A stretch of 64,000 bases of DNA from Rhizodiscina lignyota. Its lineage: Eukaryota. Both the position numbers and the translations under genes were made by a program. Under the pieces are notes generated by a model. That model was not told the DNA's origin. It made no database searches and saw only the letters and a program-made list of their open reading frames with translations. The stretch lies in contig ML978124.1 in NCBI GenBank assembly GCA_010015805.1, positions 1,798,001 to 1,862,000 of the forward strand. Direction: 5' to 3'. How positions within the stretch are numbered: position 1 is the stretch's first letter; each line of letters begins with the position of its first letter. Below are positions 44,180 through 56,141 of this stretch, piece by piece.

Positions 44180-45940
44180 TCACCTTGGCACGGATACACC
44201 GCCATTGCCGACGAGTTGATCACGCAGTGTCATGCTGTCCGTCCTGACGCCGGCCCAGTGGAATGGAACCTTGTCAGTTGTCTGCCGTTGCAAATCCCGG
44301 TGCGCATCCCCAAACTTCTCGCTTAACGATCTGTTGGACTTGTCGGTCTGAATGCGCCTCATGATTTGATCCGCTCCCCACGTCGGCCTACTGAGGCTTG
44401 CTTGCACGGTTGCAATGTCTCTGAACATTGTCGAGAGCCGTGTCTCGATATCTTTGACTTCTCCCAGCATGACTCTCGTTTGTGGGCGGAGCATACCCAT
44501 CACCAGAATGGAGAGCTTCGCATCGAAGAAGTCTTGATTCTGAAAGTCTTGGATTAGATATGCCCGAACTTCTTTCCTCAACACTACGGAAGCCTTTGCA
44601 TCCGTGATTGGCGCTGCCGTGATGATGGCTTGATGCCAATCCTCAAGGAGCTCCGTGGGTAGCTCAAGCGCTTTCTGCGGCAGGAAGGATACCCATCCAC
44701 AATACGTCCCAGATAATCGTAATAGGATGTCCTCCGAGATACCGGATAGATTTGCTGTGGGCATGCCCAGCTCTGTTCGACTCCGTCCTGACCCCCTTAC
44801 CACTTGGGCAGAAAATTGCATTGGGAAGGGGGTCTCGGGTCCAGAATCCTTCCCGATGGCAGTTGCATGATCGAGCTCTTGCTGGAATTGAGCTGTGATT
44901 TCCTCGATATTACGCTGTTGAGCTTCTTCATAAGCTTCGTTAGCACTATCCATCCTATCTTGAACGGAGCCGTATGCGGTCGATGCCGCGACTGAAGTCA
45001 ATCCACTTGGCTGCCACGGTATAATGGACTGCACTCTTTGTGCTGCTACGCCGGCCAACGGTGCAACTGCGTTCGAAGCTGCTTGCCGGGCGGCGAATTG
45101 TCCGATCTTCATAGCCATCTCTAGGGGCAGCGTAGATAACGAAGCACCACGAATTGATCCCATGGAGGCAGAGGTCGATACCAATCTGAAGATGGGGCTG
45201 GGACACAGCGTCTTCTTGCCCCTTTCCCCTGTGCATAGCAGGATGCGGAAATAGCCATCATCTGCAGAGCAGGGTATACGCAAAATGTTTGTCTCGAGCG
45301 GCCGGTGGTGCCTCACGGCCTTGGGCGCTTTGCGGAGGAACTTTTCAATGTCACGTTGCCAGGCCCGCTCATCGTTTCTGGGTAAGTCTTCTGGCCTGCC
45401 CGTTACCGTGGGCGTGACGTTGATCCAAGCGCTCTTAACACCAAACATAGAGGCGCCGATCTTGAGACCCGTGTTTCCGGAGAAGCCTCTTTTCTGCAGC
45501 CAGAATTGACGATCGTCCGGAAGCGCGCGGTCTCCGAAAACGGTGATGGCGACATTGGTGTTGAAGCCTTTGTAGTACACAAGTCCATGGGAATGGCGAA
45601 GGATTGAGCAATGTTTCGTTGCCTCATATGGATGTGAGATCAGTCCGCCTGCAAAGTGTCTCACATCTTCAAAAGCTGTCTTGAATTTCGAATGTCTGTC
45701 GTTTGCGCCGTCTTCCGGCACGACACCCACGATCTCATCGCCTGGCCAAAGCGTCGAAGTAGAAGTAGATGTCGGGCTGGCAACTATAGAGGCCGGACTG
45801 GACACCAAGAGCGGTTCGGGCGTTGCATCGCTAGTAGTCTCCAGACTGAGGTCCCGCAGTTCCCTTTGTGGAGCTTCTTGCTTCTTTTCCTGCGTTTGCT
45901 GTGCACCAGGCACGGGCTTCCTCCTAAGGACTGCCGCCAT
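44180..45940 (-). CDS. Fungal protein with C-terminal riboflavin-kinase-like domain and long N-terminal region; single exon
   Basis: Start MAAVLRRKPVP at 45940. Flavokinase motifs VVRGSGRSRTELGMPTANL, GTYCGW, DFFDAKLSILVMGMLRP and DI. Confidence 0.85.
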   Translation of the reverse strand: MAAVLRRKPVPGAQQTQEKKQEAPQRELRDLSLETTSDATPEPLLVSSPASIVASPTSTSTSTLWPGDEIVGVVPEDGANDRHSKFKTAFEDVRHFAGGLISHPYEATKHCSILRHSHGLVYYKGFNTNVAITVFGDRALPDDRQFWLQKRGFSGNTGLKIGASMFGVKSAWINVTPTVTGRPEDLPRNDERAWQRDIEKFLRKAPKAVRHHRPLETNILRIPCSADDGYFRILLCTGERGKKTLCPSPIFRLVSTSASMGSIRGASLSTLPLEMAMKIGQFAARQAASNAVAPLAGVAAQRVQSIIPWQPSGLTSVAASTAYGSVQDRMDSANEAYEEAQQRNIEEITAQFQQELDHATAIGKDSGPETPFPMQFSAQVVRGSGRSRTELGMPTANLSGISEDILLRLSGTYCGWVSFLPQKALELPTELLEDWHQAIITAAPITDAKASVVLRKEVRAYLIQDFQNQDFFDAKLSILVMGMLRPQTRVMLGEVKDIETRLSTMFRDIATVQASLSRPTWGADQIMRRIQTDKSNRSLSEKFGDAHRDLQRQTTDKVPFHWAGVRTDSMTLRDQLVGNGGVSVPR

Positions 45941-46408
45941 CTCCCCGCCACAACTCTTTTCGCGCTGTTCAGTCCTTTCAAATTCCGCTAAGAATGACGT
46001 GAAACCGGCAAGACTAGGTGTCCCAATGGCGGCCGCCTCTAAGCGGGGAGCCTCATATCGGGTTACATGGTTGATGGGTGTCAGGGCGGTACCTAAAAGT
46101 GAGGTTCCTACCCTTGGTTGTGGAGATGATGTGCGTTTCAAAACAGAGTACGAGTTACATACACCCATCACATCTCCGAGCAACGCTGCCGCTTTGGCAT
46201 TTTCTTGAATCAGTAGCCAGTTGCTAAGAAAAGCAAAGGTAGGTCTCTAGGCTTCTAGGCAATTAATCGGGCCTAATATAAGCACCTCTGTTCTTCCCAA
46301 GAATGATCTCCAAACACTTCCGTTTCTTCTTTGCTTGATTCTGATTCGTAGAGCCTAAGCTCGTCCATTCTCTTTACATTCATTCGTTCCTTGAGAAGAT
46401 CAGACAAG

Positions 46409-47682
46409 ATGCATGCATCGTCACTTTCGTTACTTGCCCTGGTGGCAGCCGTAAATGCCCATACTGCCTCTTTTAACAAGGGCATGTACTGCTTGAATGG
46501 CAATGACACGGCCAATCCAAACCTAAACTCCAACGAGCCTGTGAATCCCCTTTGGAACCTCACCAAGACCGACTGGTGGTGGCAGCATGACAGAGGCTGC
46601 GATAAGGTGCCACCTGCTGCTGGCGAATATCTCGAGATCCCAGCCGGCGGAAACTTTACCGTTGAGATGGCTCATAACCAAGCTTTCACAACTCTCTCCT
46701 ACGGTGGCAGCAAGGTTACCGAATGGCCAGATGGTGGACAGCACCCCGAGGACTGGCACGGCACTGGGGGTGGTGAGGACTGCATCCAGGACGACGGCGC
46801 GATGCACACGCAGAACCAGACCGCCGCCGCCGGAACCGCCTTTGCCATCAGTTACAACTCTAACTTGGAGGACGTGACCATTGACAACTTGGTGGTCTTC
46901 ACCGTCCTCGAGCAGTAAGTGTATCCTTAACGCATTCTCGAGTTCATCTATAATTAATATGCTATAGCACTCCATGGCACCGCATCGCTACTTATCAAGT
47001 CCCCAAGAACATGCCAGCCTGCCCGGCTGATGGCTGCCACTGTGCGTGGCTTTGGCTCCCACGCGGATGCGGCCAGCCCAACATGTATATGCAAGGCCAC
47101 AAGTGCATGGTTACGGGCGCTACGTCAACCGTGCCCATCTCTACTCCGGCCAAGCCTCCAGTCTACTGCGGCGACGACGAGACCAAATGCGTCACGGGCT
47201 CCAAGCAGATGGCCGCCTGGAACCAGCTCGACGGCAACAACGTCACGCCGCCACCTGGAATTTCGCCCTGCTACGATGCCACTATGGGCTACAAGACTGG
47301 CCCTCAGGACGATATCTTCGCAGAAGGTGCTGGTTCATCTAGCGCCGCGCCTTCTTCCAGCTCTGCTGCCGCTTCCTCCAGCTCCGCCGCCCCTAGCACC
47401 TCCGCACTTCCTAGCAAGGCCGTGTCCCAGGCAAGCGCGCCCAGTTCCTCATCGAAAGCAGCCTCAACCCTCTCCACCATTGTACGGTCTTCGACGCTGG
47501 CCGCCCACTCTTCCTCCACTCCAACCGTCACTGCAGCTGGTGCGCCCACCACTTCTGCCTCTCCAACGACCTCTTCCGCAGCTTCTGCATCCGCTACCAC
47601 ATCATCGAAGGTCTCGTACAGCGAGTTCGAGAAATGGATCGAGTACATGTACCACACGTGGCTGAAGAGCAAGGGCAACTAA
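46409..47682 (+). CDS. AA14-family lytic polysaccharide monooxygenase with S/T/A-rich tail; 2 exons
   Basis: Signal peptide ending AVNA followed directly by His1 ([11 protein letters not shown]). Then [50 protein letters not shown] and [26 protein letters not shown]. Confidence 0.88.
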
Positions 47683-48093
47683 GTCCATTTCTCACATGTA
47701 GTATTTCGGCATGGCGTGGGGATAGCATTGAGGAATTAAAAGTCTGGGTGATTCACGGCAGTTGTTCACAATTCGCTTCTTGTATACATATTGCACAGTT
47801 ATTATATACGCGGTGACCTTGCAGTGCTTACAGCTCATCAGCATTCTTTGAAAAGAGGGCATTGCCTCGTTTTCATTTTTTGACTACTTCAGTATCGTAC
47901 ATACACATGCTGATCCAGATGGATCAAACGTCGCATCAGATCTCCAGACAACTTCACGTTGTCCCAAGTTCAACCCTCTCAAGTAACCAAAAGCCTCATT
48001 CCTGGCGCAGCGTCGATTTACATGCGAAAGAAAGTGAACCAGACACCGCGCGCCAGAGTTTGGAACACCTCGATGGTGTCCCCGTTTCGACCC

Positions 48094-51000
48094 TCAAGCA
48101 ACCACGAATCTCACGCCCAGGAGCACACTGTCCTCCTTGAACTCACTCGGTCTCTCACCCCTAACCTGCCTCAACACACTCACACCCCTCACACCCGAGA
48201 CGTCCTTGGCCACGCCCGGCATATCCTTAGCTGACACTGCACCACTGACACTCTTAACATCATCCGTTGTATCAGTCATCACGCTCTCGGCCCTCCTTCT
48301 CTTCGCACCAGATCCTGTCGCAGCATTGCCTTCAACACCCGCACTGGTACCAGTGCTCCTTGTCTTCACACCAGGTTTTGTCGCAGCATCGCCCTCAGCA
48401 CCCGCACGGCCAGTGCTTGCAATGCTCATCCACGGACCCGGCTTCGCGTAGCTAACAACGGAATCCTGGCTCGTTCCCGGAATCTCGAATTCCTCCTCCA
48501 AGACCTCTTCCAGCCTTCGCGGGACCTTTGCATAGCCGGTTGAGCGCCTGTTGGGTGCAGGTGGAACGCCCCTCTCACGTGATGGGAAGGCCTTGGCGAT
48601 GTCCTCAACGTTGAACGTACCGGAAGAGCGCGTAGTGTTCCTTCTCCTCGGCTTCTTAGGTGTGGGATCAGGCTCGGGGGCCTCAGGGTTGTACGCCGAC
48701 GACGAGAACGAGTTGTGATCCGTTGTTAGCGGAGAGGTGGACAGTGCAGCAGTGGCTGAGCTGGATGCTACCGTCACTTCACGTCCGAGGTTCGGCTTTG
48801 GACCTGCGAGGCCCTGTGACAGTGATTGAAATGCCTCATCTCCTGAGCCCGGGGGCCTCGTCTTAGCTTGGACTGGACTCGAAGAAGAGAGAGAAGTCAC
48901 TGGTTTCGATAGATTTCTCTCAAACGCAACCTGGTCCCCGATCTGGACGACAATACGGTCGATCGGCCGCGGCGGCTGGGCCATGCGATCATTCTTGTCC
49001 TTCGCTGGTGAAGATACATTCGGAGTCGGCATTGATGCAGGAGCGCTTATGCTGGGCGGGACCATACCCAGACGGCGATTCGCGAGAGGGATGTCTGGTT
49101 CGGAACTCTGCGCTTGCGCTGGTGACGAAGTCGCCGCGGCAGCCAAGGATCCTTTCTGGATTTTTTTCGACTTTGATGGGCGACGAGGAAACGTGCTATT
49201 GGTCGGTGAACTATTGAGACCAGTCGCAGATTGGCTTCGCTTCAATGGTGTCATGCTTCCAACAGCAAGCATGGGCAGCATGTGAGCGCTCGACTCTGGC
49301 CTACCGCTCTGCATTGGATTATCTTGTCCATAGCTCTGAGAGTAGGGATTTGGAGGGATCCCCATAGCCACGTTGTCATATTGTGTAACTCCGTATTGGT
49401 TGGCTTGTCCAGCAGTGCTTGGAGCAACCATCGGAGGTGAATATGCCGGTCCAAGCATCGAGGGAGACGGCATCGGCTGCTGTGCATGAAACTGTTGCAT
49501 TTGACCAGGTATCAGGGGATCGATATTGTAGCCGCCATCGTTAGCAAATCGACTGGGTGCGAAGCCCTCGAATTGGCGCGCGAAACGATTCTGTTGCATT
49601 TCAAGAATACCTTCAAGAAGCACATGTGAACGAGAACCCCCATGAGAATTGGGGTAGTGGTCAGCAATACCACTTTCGGAATTACTCATGTTCGATGCCG
49701 CAGACATTTGCTGGTTTATCTGCGAAAAGGCATTTGTCGGAGTCTGAAAGTGCGAGTGCATTCCTTGGAAATCGTAGCTGCTTTGGCTAATCATGCCCCC
49801 GTAAGTGGTATCTGGCAGGTGTGGCATCCCATGAAAAGGATTGACTGTGGGAGGCGCAATCTCACCTGATGCGCCTTGTGGGCCAGGAATGGCGTAATGC
49901 GGGCTCAGTAGTTCGTCTGGGTCTGGAGGCGCTGAATACCTCTGGATCTCTGCATTCTGTTCACCGTCATACTGTGGCAGAGATGTGGGAGGTCCCGAGG
50001 AACGAGGTTTGTCCATCCTCGTCACGGGCTCAGGCGTCCGTAGAAGTACCGTACCTGTGTTGCGCCACTCTTCTATCACAGACTTACTATCAACCATCTT
50101 GTCAGGCGATGTCACACGCGCTCCAATTGGACCCATCCTTTCTCCGCTACCAAGTGATATGATCACGTCGACAACCCCAAGTTTCAATCCTCCTGGCTTC
50201 TGGAGATTCTTCACATCGTTTGGAGCAGTGAATTTCGCAAGATGTTCGAGATATTCTGCCGTTGGTGGGCGACTTCCAGACTGGTCATGACGACGAGAAT
50301 CTGACTCGTTCAATAGCGCCTCACTTATTTGGCCCCAATGGTCCTCCGCCGTGGGCTTTCCACGTTTCCGTCCACGCAGGGAGCCATCAGTATTCTGGCC
50401 CGGCGGCACAAGTATCCACGGCTTTTCGATCACACGATGGCACCGCGTACCGGAGAGGATGACAGTTACAGCTCGGGGATCTCGACGGGGTGAACGTTTT
50501 GCGGGTATGAAAGAAGATCCAGCAAAGATACCGTTAAGGAAAATCTCGATTTTGATGTCCTGTGGGTCATCCGACCGAAGAAAGGACTTCACGCCCAGAT
50601 TAACGAGCACTGATAGAGCCTGAGGAAGAGCCTGTGGCTCTGGAATGACCGATGCTCGTGCAGAATTGGTCGATATCTGTCTGAGGAGATGTGGTAATGG
50701 TGTTCGGGGATCGGTTGGCGGTGCAGTGGTGGCACTGCCCATTCGCTTCTTACCTTCCGCCTTTGGGGTAACGGTCGAGAAGGGTTTTGGAGCTTGGTCG
50801 ACAGGACCATCCTTTTGGACCAAGGACTGGGATCCTTTCTGAACTGTTGTGCCCGCCTCTCCGCTCTCCTTTTGTTCTTCCTGGGAAGCATTGGAAGCCG
50901 GCGAAGCTTGTAAAGAGCGTGCGTCTGGCGCCGCCTTTGTCACACCATGCGCTGTGACAATTGGCGCTTGGAAAAGGTCCAAGCCAGCACGCACTAGGAG

Positions 51001-51222
51001 AAACGGAACCTCGTCATATTCTCCTAAGAAGCGGACACGTCCAGCATCTCCTTTGATGGCAACCTCTTGCAGTTTCTGGCCACCTTCGAGCTCAGTCTGT
51101 GAGTGTGCGACATTTTCGTTCTGTTTGGCCGACTGCCTGTACTCGACGGTTTGATGAGTTGTCTTGTCAAGAGAAGACACCAGCAGCGAGACTTTGGTAT
51201 CAGATGCGTAATATGTCGGCAT
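48094..51222 (-). CDS. Large hypothetical protein, single exon, mostly low complexity
   Basis: ORF of more than 1000 codons, likely starting MPTY at 51222. Ordered-looking blocks DIKIEIFLNG, SGTRCHRVIEKPWILVP and GVVDVIISLG, and C-terminal RQVRGERPSEFKEDSVLLGVRFVV. Confidence 0.85.
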   Translation of the reverse strand: MPTYYASDTKVSLLVSSLDKTTHQTVEYRQSAKQNENVAHSQTELEGGQKLQEVAIKGDAGRVRFLGEYDEVPFLLVRAGLDLFQAPIVTAHGVTKAAPDARSLQASPASNASQEEQKESGEAGTTVQKGSQSLVQKDGPVDQAPKPFSTVTPKAEGKKRMGSATTAPPTDPRTPLPHLLRQISTNSARASVIPEPQALPQALSVLVNLGVKSFLRSDDPQDIKIEIFLNGIFAGSSFIPAKRSPRRDPRAVTVILSGTRCHRVIEKPWILVPPGQNTDGSLRGRKRGKPTAEDHWGQISEALLNESDSRRHDQSGSRPPTAEYLEHLAKFTAPNDVKNLQKPGGLKLGVVDVIISLGSGERMGPIGARVTSPDKMVDSKSVIEEWRNTGTVLLRTPEPVTRMDKPRSSGPPTSLPQYDGEQNAEIQRYSAPPDPDELLSPHYAIPGPQGASGEIAPPTVNPFHGMPHLPDTTYGGMISQSSYDFQGMHSHFQTPTNAFSQINQQMSAASNMSNSESGIADHYPNSHGGSRSHVLLEGILEMQQNRFARQFEGFAPSRFANDGGYNIDPLIPGQMQQFHAQQPMPSPSMLGPAYSPPMVAPSTAGQANQYGVTQYDNVAMGIPPNPYSQSYGQDNPMQSGRPESSAHMLPMLAVGSMTPLKRSQSATGLNSSPTNSTFPRRPSKSKKIQKGSLAAAATSSPAQAQSSEPDIPLANRRLGMVPPSISAPASMPTPNVSSPAKDKNDRMAQPPRPIDRIVVQIGDQVAFERNLSKPVTSLSSSSPVQAKTRPPGSGDEAFQSLSQGLAGPKPNLGREVTVASSSATAALSTSPLTTDHNSFSSSAYNPEAPEPDPTPKKPRRRNTTRSSGTFNVEDIAKAFPSRERGVPPAPNRRSTGYAKVPRRLEEVLEEEFEIPGTSQDSVVSYAKPGPWMSIASTGRAGAEGDAATKPGVKTRSTGTSAGVEGNAATGSGAKRRRAESVMTDTTDDVKSVSGAVSAKDMPGVAKDVSGVRGVSVLRQVRGERPSEFKEDSVLLGVRFVVA

Positions 51223-51760
51223 GGCGACTAATGAGCTTGCGCTCCGGTCGCGCTTGGGGAAAAAGAAACGCTTGGTGTTGCTGGCAGTTGTTGAGCAAGT
51301 GAAGAGTATGCGTAACGATAGTTTCTTGTGCACGATGCCTGTGAAGGCGCTCTAGCATAGAAACTTGAACAGAACTTGAAGGAGAATGAATCGTTCGAGC
51401 GCGTTACGTGTGCGGCAGAACGAAAGTTTTGTTGAGGCAAGATGTTTATTTTGAAAACACCACGCGGTGTGTGCGCGTCTTAGATTGCGCCTGTGCCTGT
51501 GACGTCGGGTCGCGGCTTCCTCATCTTCGCTCCTCCCTCTCTGCTGAGCGCCACTAGTAACCTCCTAACACCCAACTCCGCATATCGGCGGCCTCACACG
51601 ATGCCGGGGAGCACATAAGCCTTCAAGTGAAGAATGCTTGCACCCAGTACCAATCATGTATTGGCCGGCTTGTAGCATGTGAGTTAGGAGTAGCTCCCTT
51701 AACTCGCTACTATTCGGCATCATCTCTAGACGTCGGAGCAATTTCTCTTCACTCTTTTGC

Positions 51761-52721
51761 TCACGGGTCAGATATTATCCCAATTGGCGTCCCACCGAGC
51801 GTATCTCCTAGCTCGACAACGGTTCTGTCGTACACCTTTGCGACGTGCATATCCCAATCGCCCTGAGGTTCTCGCACGCCAGAAGCATTCCCTTCGTCCA
51901 TCGAGTCTTCCGTAAGGTCGTTCGTATTCCGGTTCATAAGCTCGTTTTCCATGTCTGAACTCATGTTGAAGTCATCGGGATCGTCCTCAGTTTCTGTTCC
52001 GGTCATGTCTTCCTCATCAATATCATCTTCATCTGCGTCGGCTTTGCTCATGGCCTCCACCACACAAATGCGAGTTCGGTCAACTAAGCTTTTGATTCTG
52101 ACCTTCTCTGTCCCATTGACAGTTCTGTTTCCAAACCCAGGCAATGGCTCACCCGTCTCAACGTTTCGGCCTTGTAAGAGCGAGGCAAATGCTAAGTCGA
52201 GCTTTGACAGCAAGCGGAATGTGGCTTTCGGTGACGGAGGAAGATCGGGCAGGAAGTTGGCTGCGAGGAGAGCAAGATTAAGAAGATATGGTATTTGAAC
52301 TGACGCTGTCAAAGAATTAGCATGCGGTTGTGCAGATGCTACAAGTGCTATCCGTACGCGTGCCAGATATCCATACAACGTCTATCAAGCTCTCGATATC
52401 ATTTGCAGCTTCCTTAAAATTCTTATACCCAACAACGTTCCTCTCATCCACATCTGCACCGATGACATTGGCACGATTGGCTTCTCTGCGCCTCACACTT
52501 TCTTCCGCCACTTCACGCTTTGCGAACCGCCGTTGGATACGCAATATGCCTTGGTCCACATATCTTATTAGCGAAGACTCTTTCGGACCTCCCGGTCGAA
52601 GCGGTTGGGCTCGAGCTCGCGGCAGCACTCCAATAGCGGAGGACGATGCATGGGAAGACGGCGGCGGCGAAAGAAGACTCGCTGGCAGGAAGCCACCTGC
52701 AGCGGCTGGAGAATCAGCCAT
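51761..52721 (-). CDS. Tfb6-like protein (TFIIH-associated); 2 exons
   Basis: Intron 52357-52306. PLRPGGPKESSLIRYVDQGILRIQRRFAKR, GYKNFKE..DVVWISGT|PSVQIPYLL, LLSKLDLAFASLL, TEKVRIKSLVDRTR, VYDRTVVELG. Confidence 0.75.
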
Positions 52722-53534
52722 CCTCGCGGTTCTGGGCAATTAAGCCTCAACCCGAGGCAAAACTAATTCGGAATAAACATGTCATTGAGCACGATAGAGA
52801 CGGCAACCATAAAGTCCTGCGCGAGCGGAACCGCGGTATTGCCGTCGCGTTGGAGTGACGTTGACGTGACTTGGCACTAACTCAGCTGCAGTCCACCGTA
52901 TTCAGGCCAGCGTCATACAGTCAGCGGAGTCCAAGTTACAGTCAGATCTCGAAAATGATCCTAGCGGATATCAACATTGCTTGTTTAGGATTTCTCAAAG
53001 CTTCAAGAGTACTTGGATGCGTCGTCCCTGAAGAAATTCACCACTGAGCAGCCCTACCGCACAAGTCGCATGACTCGGATCAGCTCTTCCCTTCTGCCCG
53101 CATTATCAGACGCGGCTGATCCCCCGCACAAAGCTTCCCCACCACAACATTGCCCAGAGGCTATCGTATAGGCTCGGGTCCCGTAGGAATTCTGTCGCCG
53201 CGGTACAGATGTATATGAATTTGCGTACACAGCTTAAGCTCCTGTGGACCGCATGCCCCGTAACCCCATAACGGCTCAATTCCGCATGCGAAAAAGCCCT
53301 CAACTGGAGTTATGGGGATGACGGTTCCTCCGTACGGCAACCAGCAGTTGTTCCACCTAATGCGGAAGGGGCGATTTGTAGATGTACCCCTCATTATGTG
53401 GAAGCTCGGTACTTATAAGGATGAAGGCTCCTTCCGGCTCATTGTGTTTGCTTCACATTGTGGTTCTCTCTCTCGTGACCTTCTTCGAGTTCTCGTAGCT
53501 CAGTCTGCTCCTGTGTTCATATTGTGTGTTCATT

Positions 53535-54903
53535 ATGGCTGAGGTACCGAAGAAGTGTAAGGCGGCTATTGTGGTCAACGAGGGACCAGACTTTAAGGTC
53601 GAGGTCATAGATGACTTTGACGTGCCTGAGATAGGTTTGTAATCGTCTATCCTCACTTTCAATTATAATGGTTTTCTTCAGATCCTCTACACTTTGTATA
53701 TTGCAATTGTCGTCTATATCACTAACCGAGCTTCTGCATAGGACCCAATGATCTGCTCCTGAAGCTCAACGCCACCGGTCTGTGCATGTCAGACGTGCAC
53801 TTCATGATGAACGACTGGAACGTGCCGCCCATGTCTACTTTCGGTGTGCGCTGCGCTGGTCACGAGGGCGCAGGCGTGGTCGCCAAAATCGGCGAGAATG
53901 TTCAGGGCTGGGACATTGGCGATCGTGCGGGACTTAAGCCGATTTATGATGTATGCGGTCAATGCGAGCAATGCTATAATGGAAAGGAGAACTACTGTCC
54001 CAAGGGTATCTACACTGGACTGGCAGCAAACGGTACGTGCACGTTCCGGAATCCACTGGGTCGAGAGGGAGTGGCCCTTAAGAGGATTTAAAAGCTGATC
54101 TTCGAGTTCTCAGGAACCTACCAACAATACGTCGTCTCTCCGGCCAAGTACACATCGCGAATTCCCGATGGTGTGAGCGACTATGTATGGATCCAGTAGT
54201 GTATAGCATACCATTCATTGAGCTAATTGAATGCCAGGTTGCCGGACCCATCATGTGCTCCGCGTCCACAATGCACAGAGCATTAATAGATTCGGGATTG
54301 AAGCCAAGCAACTACTGTGTCTTCCCAGGAGGTGGTGGTGGCGTTGGCATCCAAGGCGTACAATTGGCCAAGGCAATGGGTATTCGGGCAATCGTCATTG
54401 ACACCGGCGAGGACAAGCGCAAATTGGCAGCAGAATGCGGTGCCGAGACATTCATTGACTTCAAGGAGGAGTCTGACGTCCCTGCCGCAGTCAAGAAAGC
54501 CGCTGGCGGCATCGGCGCTCATGGCGTCATCGTCACTGGCTACCAGGCGTACAAGGACGCAGTCAAGTATATCGGAGACCGTGTCGGTGGCACGGTCATT
54601 TGCGTCGCTCTCCGTAAGTACTCTCGTATCGAAATCGCGAGATGAACGCTGACAATATCAGCTCCTAAGGGATACATCACCCTCGGTGCAGAACCATCGC
54701 AATTTGCATTCAGGAACCTCAAGATCACCGGTTCGCTCGTTGGTACGATGCAAGACACTGTGGCATGTCTCGAGTATGCCCAGCGCGGACTGCTAAAACA
54801 GATCTGCGAGGTCAGAGGTATGAGTAAGTTTGCAGAAAGCGTGGAACAATTAAAGGATGGCAAGGTTGCGGGAAGAATAGTCATCGACTTTAACCAGGAC
54901 TAG
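53535..54903 (+). CDS. Zinc-dependent alcohol dehydrogenase; 5 exons
   Basis: GLCMSD, GHEGAG, structural zinc site CGQCEQC..C, PIMCSAST, GGGGGVG and terminal GKVAGRIVIDFNQD*. Confidence 0.95.
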
Positions 54904-56141
54904 GGAGACGTGTCCAACCATTGAAGAAAAGCGACGCAGCGATTTTGAGGAGAAAAGGACGCCCTTTTTTCATTTCTCTGCGCATGTTGTATTAGCGCCT
55001 TTTTCGAAGAAATGAAATGCGGTGTTGAGCCGAGGACTGAATTTTGTGGCGACGAACACAAATCACGCGAGATGAAATTGTCTAGACTGCGGTTTGCGAA
55101 GTAGCAAGCTGCAGATGGCGTCGCTTGGTGATAACGTCGTATGATCGTATCTTGCGCTCCGGATCCGCCTCCCGTTCGGACAAGGCCGAGCAAGCCAGAA
55201 GTGATACTTCGTGAGATATTGCCCGGAAATAGATGCAGGCATCCAGCGATGAAAGCCCCCATCGGCCCCTGCGTCGCGCAGAGACGGTGCTACGCTCATA
55301 TCACCCATGAGCGTGGGTTGACGTCGACGTGGACCTGCGTCGAAAGGGGAGGGATTGCCAGCGGAATGGATCCAAGGTGTCGTAACAAAAGAAAGGCACC
55401 GAGCTCGCAGGCTATCGCAATAGCGGGAGCTGCGGCGCGGCTGGCTAGGTTGATTCCTCCTGCAAAGCGCAAAACGCAAACGGAGCTGGAACGAGCATGG
55501 ATCGAGCCGACTCGCTCCTCGTCGCGCTTAGGGATTACTGGAATGATTGGCAAAATGCTTACAAGCCACGAAACGGCGCAAGCGAGGAGCAGGTGGGCAG
55601 AAGAACATGAGAATAAGACTGCCACCGAACATTTCGACGGTGAATAAGTGTGATGTAGAAGTAGGAAGAGAGCGCGACGGGCGAAAGGCGAAGGTTCGAC
55701 TGCGGGCACGTGAAATGTATTGTGAGGCGTCACGGAAGAAGTGGACGTGCGCAACCAACAAGAATACCTAAGCCAGGCACATAACACTGAGCGGAAATCA
55801 GCTAAAGAGAGCGCCGTGCCAACAAAATGCCTATCCACCGATCAAAGCCAGGCACTCTTCCCATCCACCACACTCTGTCTCCCCACACGCCGTCAAACTT
55901 AAACATACTCCCCTTCATCCTCGCCGCCTCAGTACAAGAGAATCAACCACTCTCCTTGCCTCCAAATGCAGGGCTCAGCAACGCACGAGACGTAGCAAAG
56001 ACCTCCTGCCCACACTGCGACCGAACAAAGGCCTCCACGGCCCTCGCACCTCAACGCCGCCTTCTACGCATCGCTCCCCATACACTTCCCGAATAACCTC
56101 ACTCGACCGAAATCAGCCATCTACACTTCAACGACAAAAAA

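Noticed and set aside
48300..48420. Two-copy ~20-aa duplication (AGAEGDAAT / AGVEGNAAT) in the large hypothetical protein
   Set aside because: Real but minor; an ordinary duplication in a disordered region.
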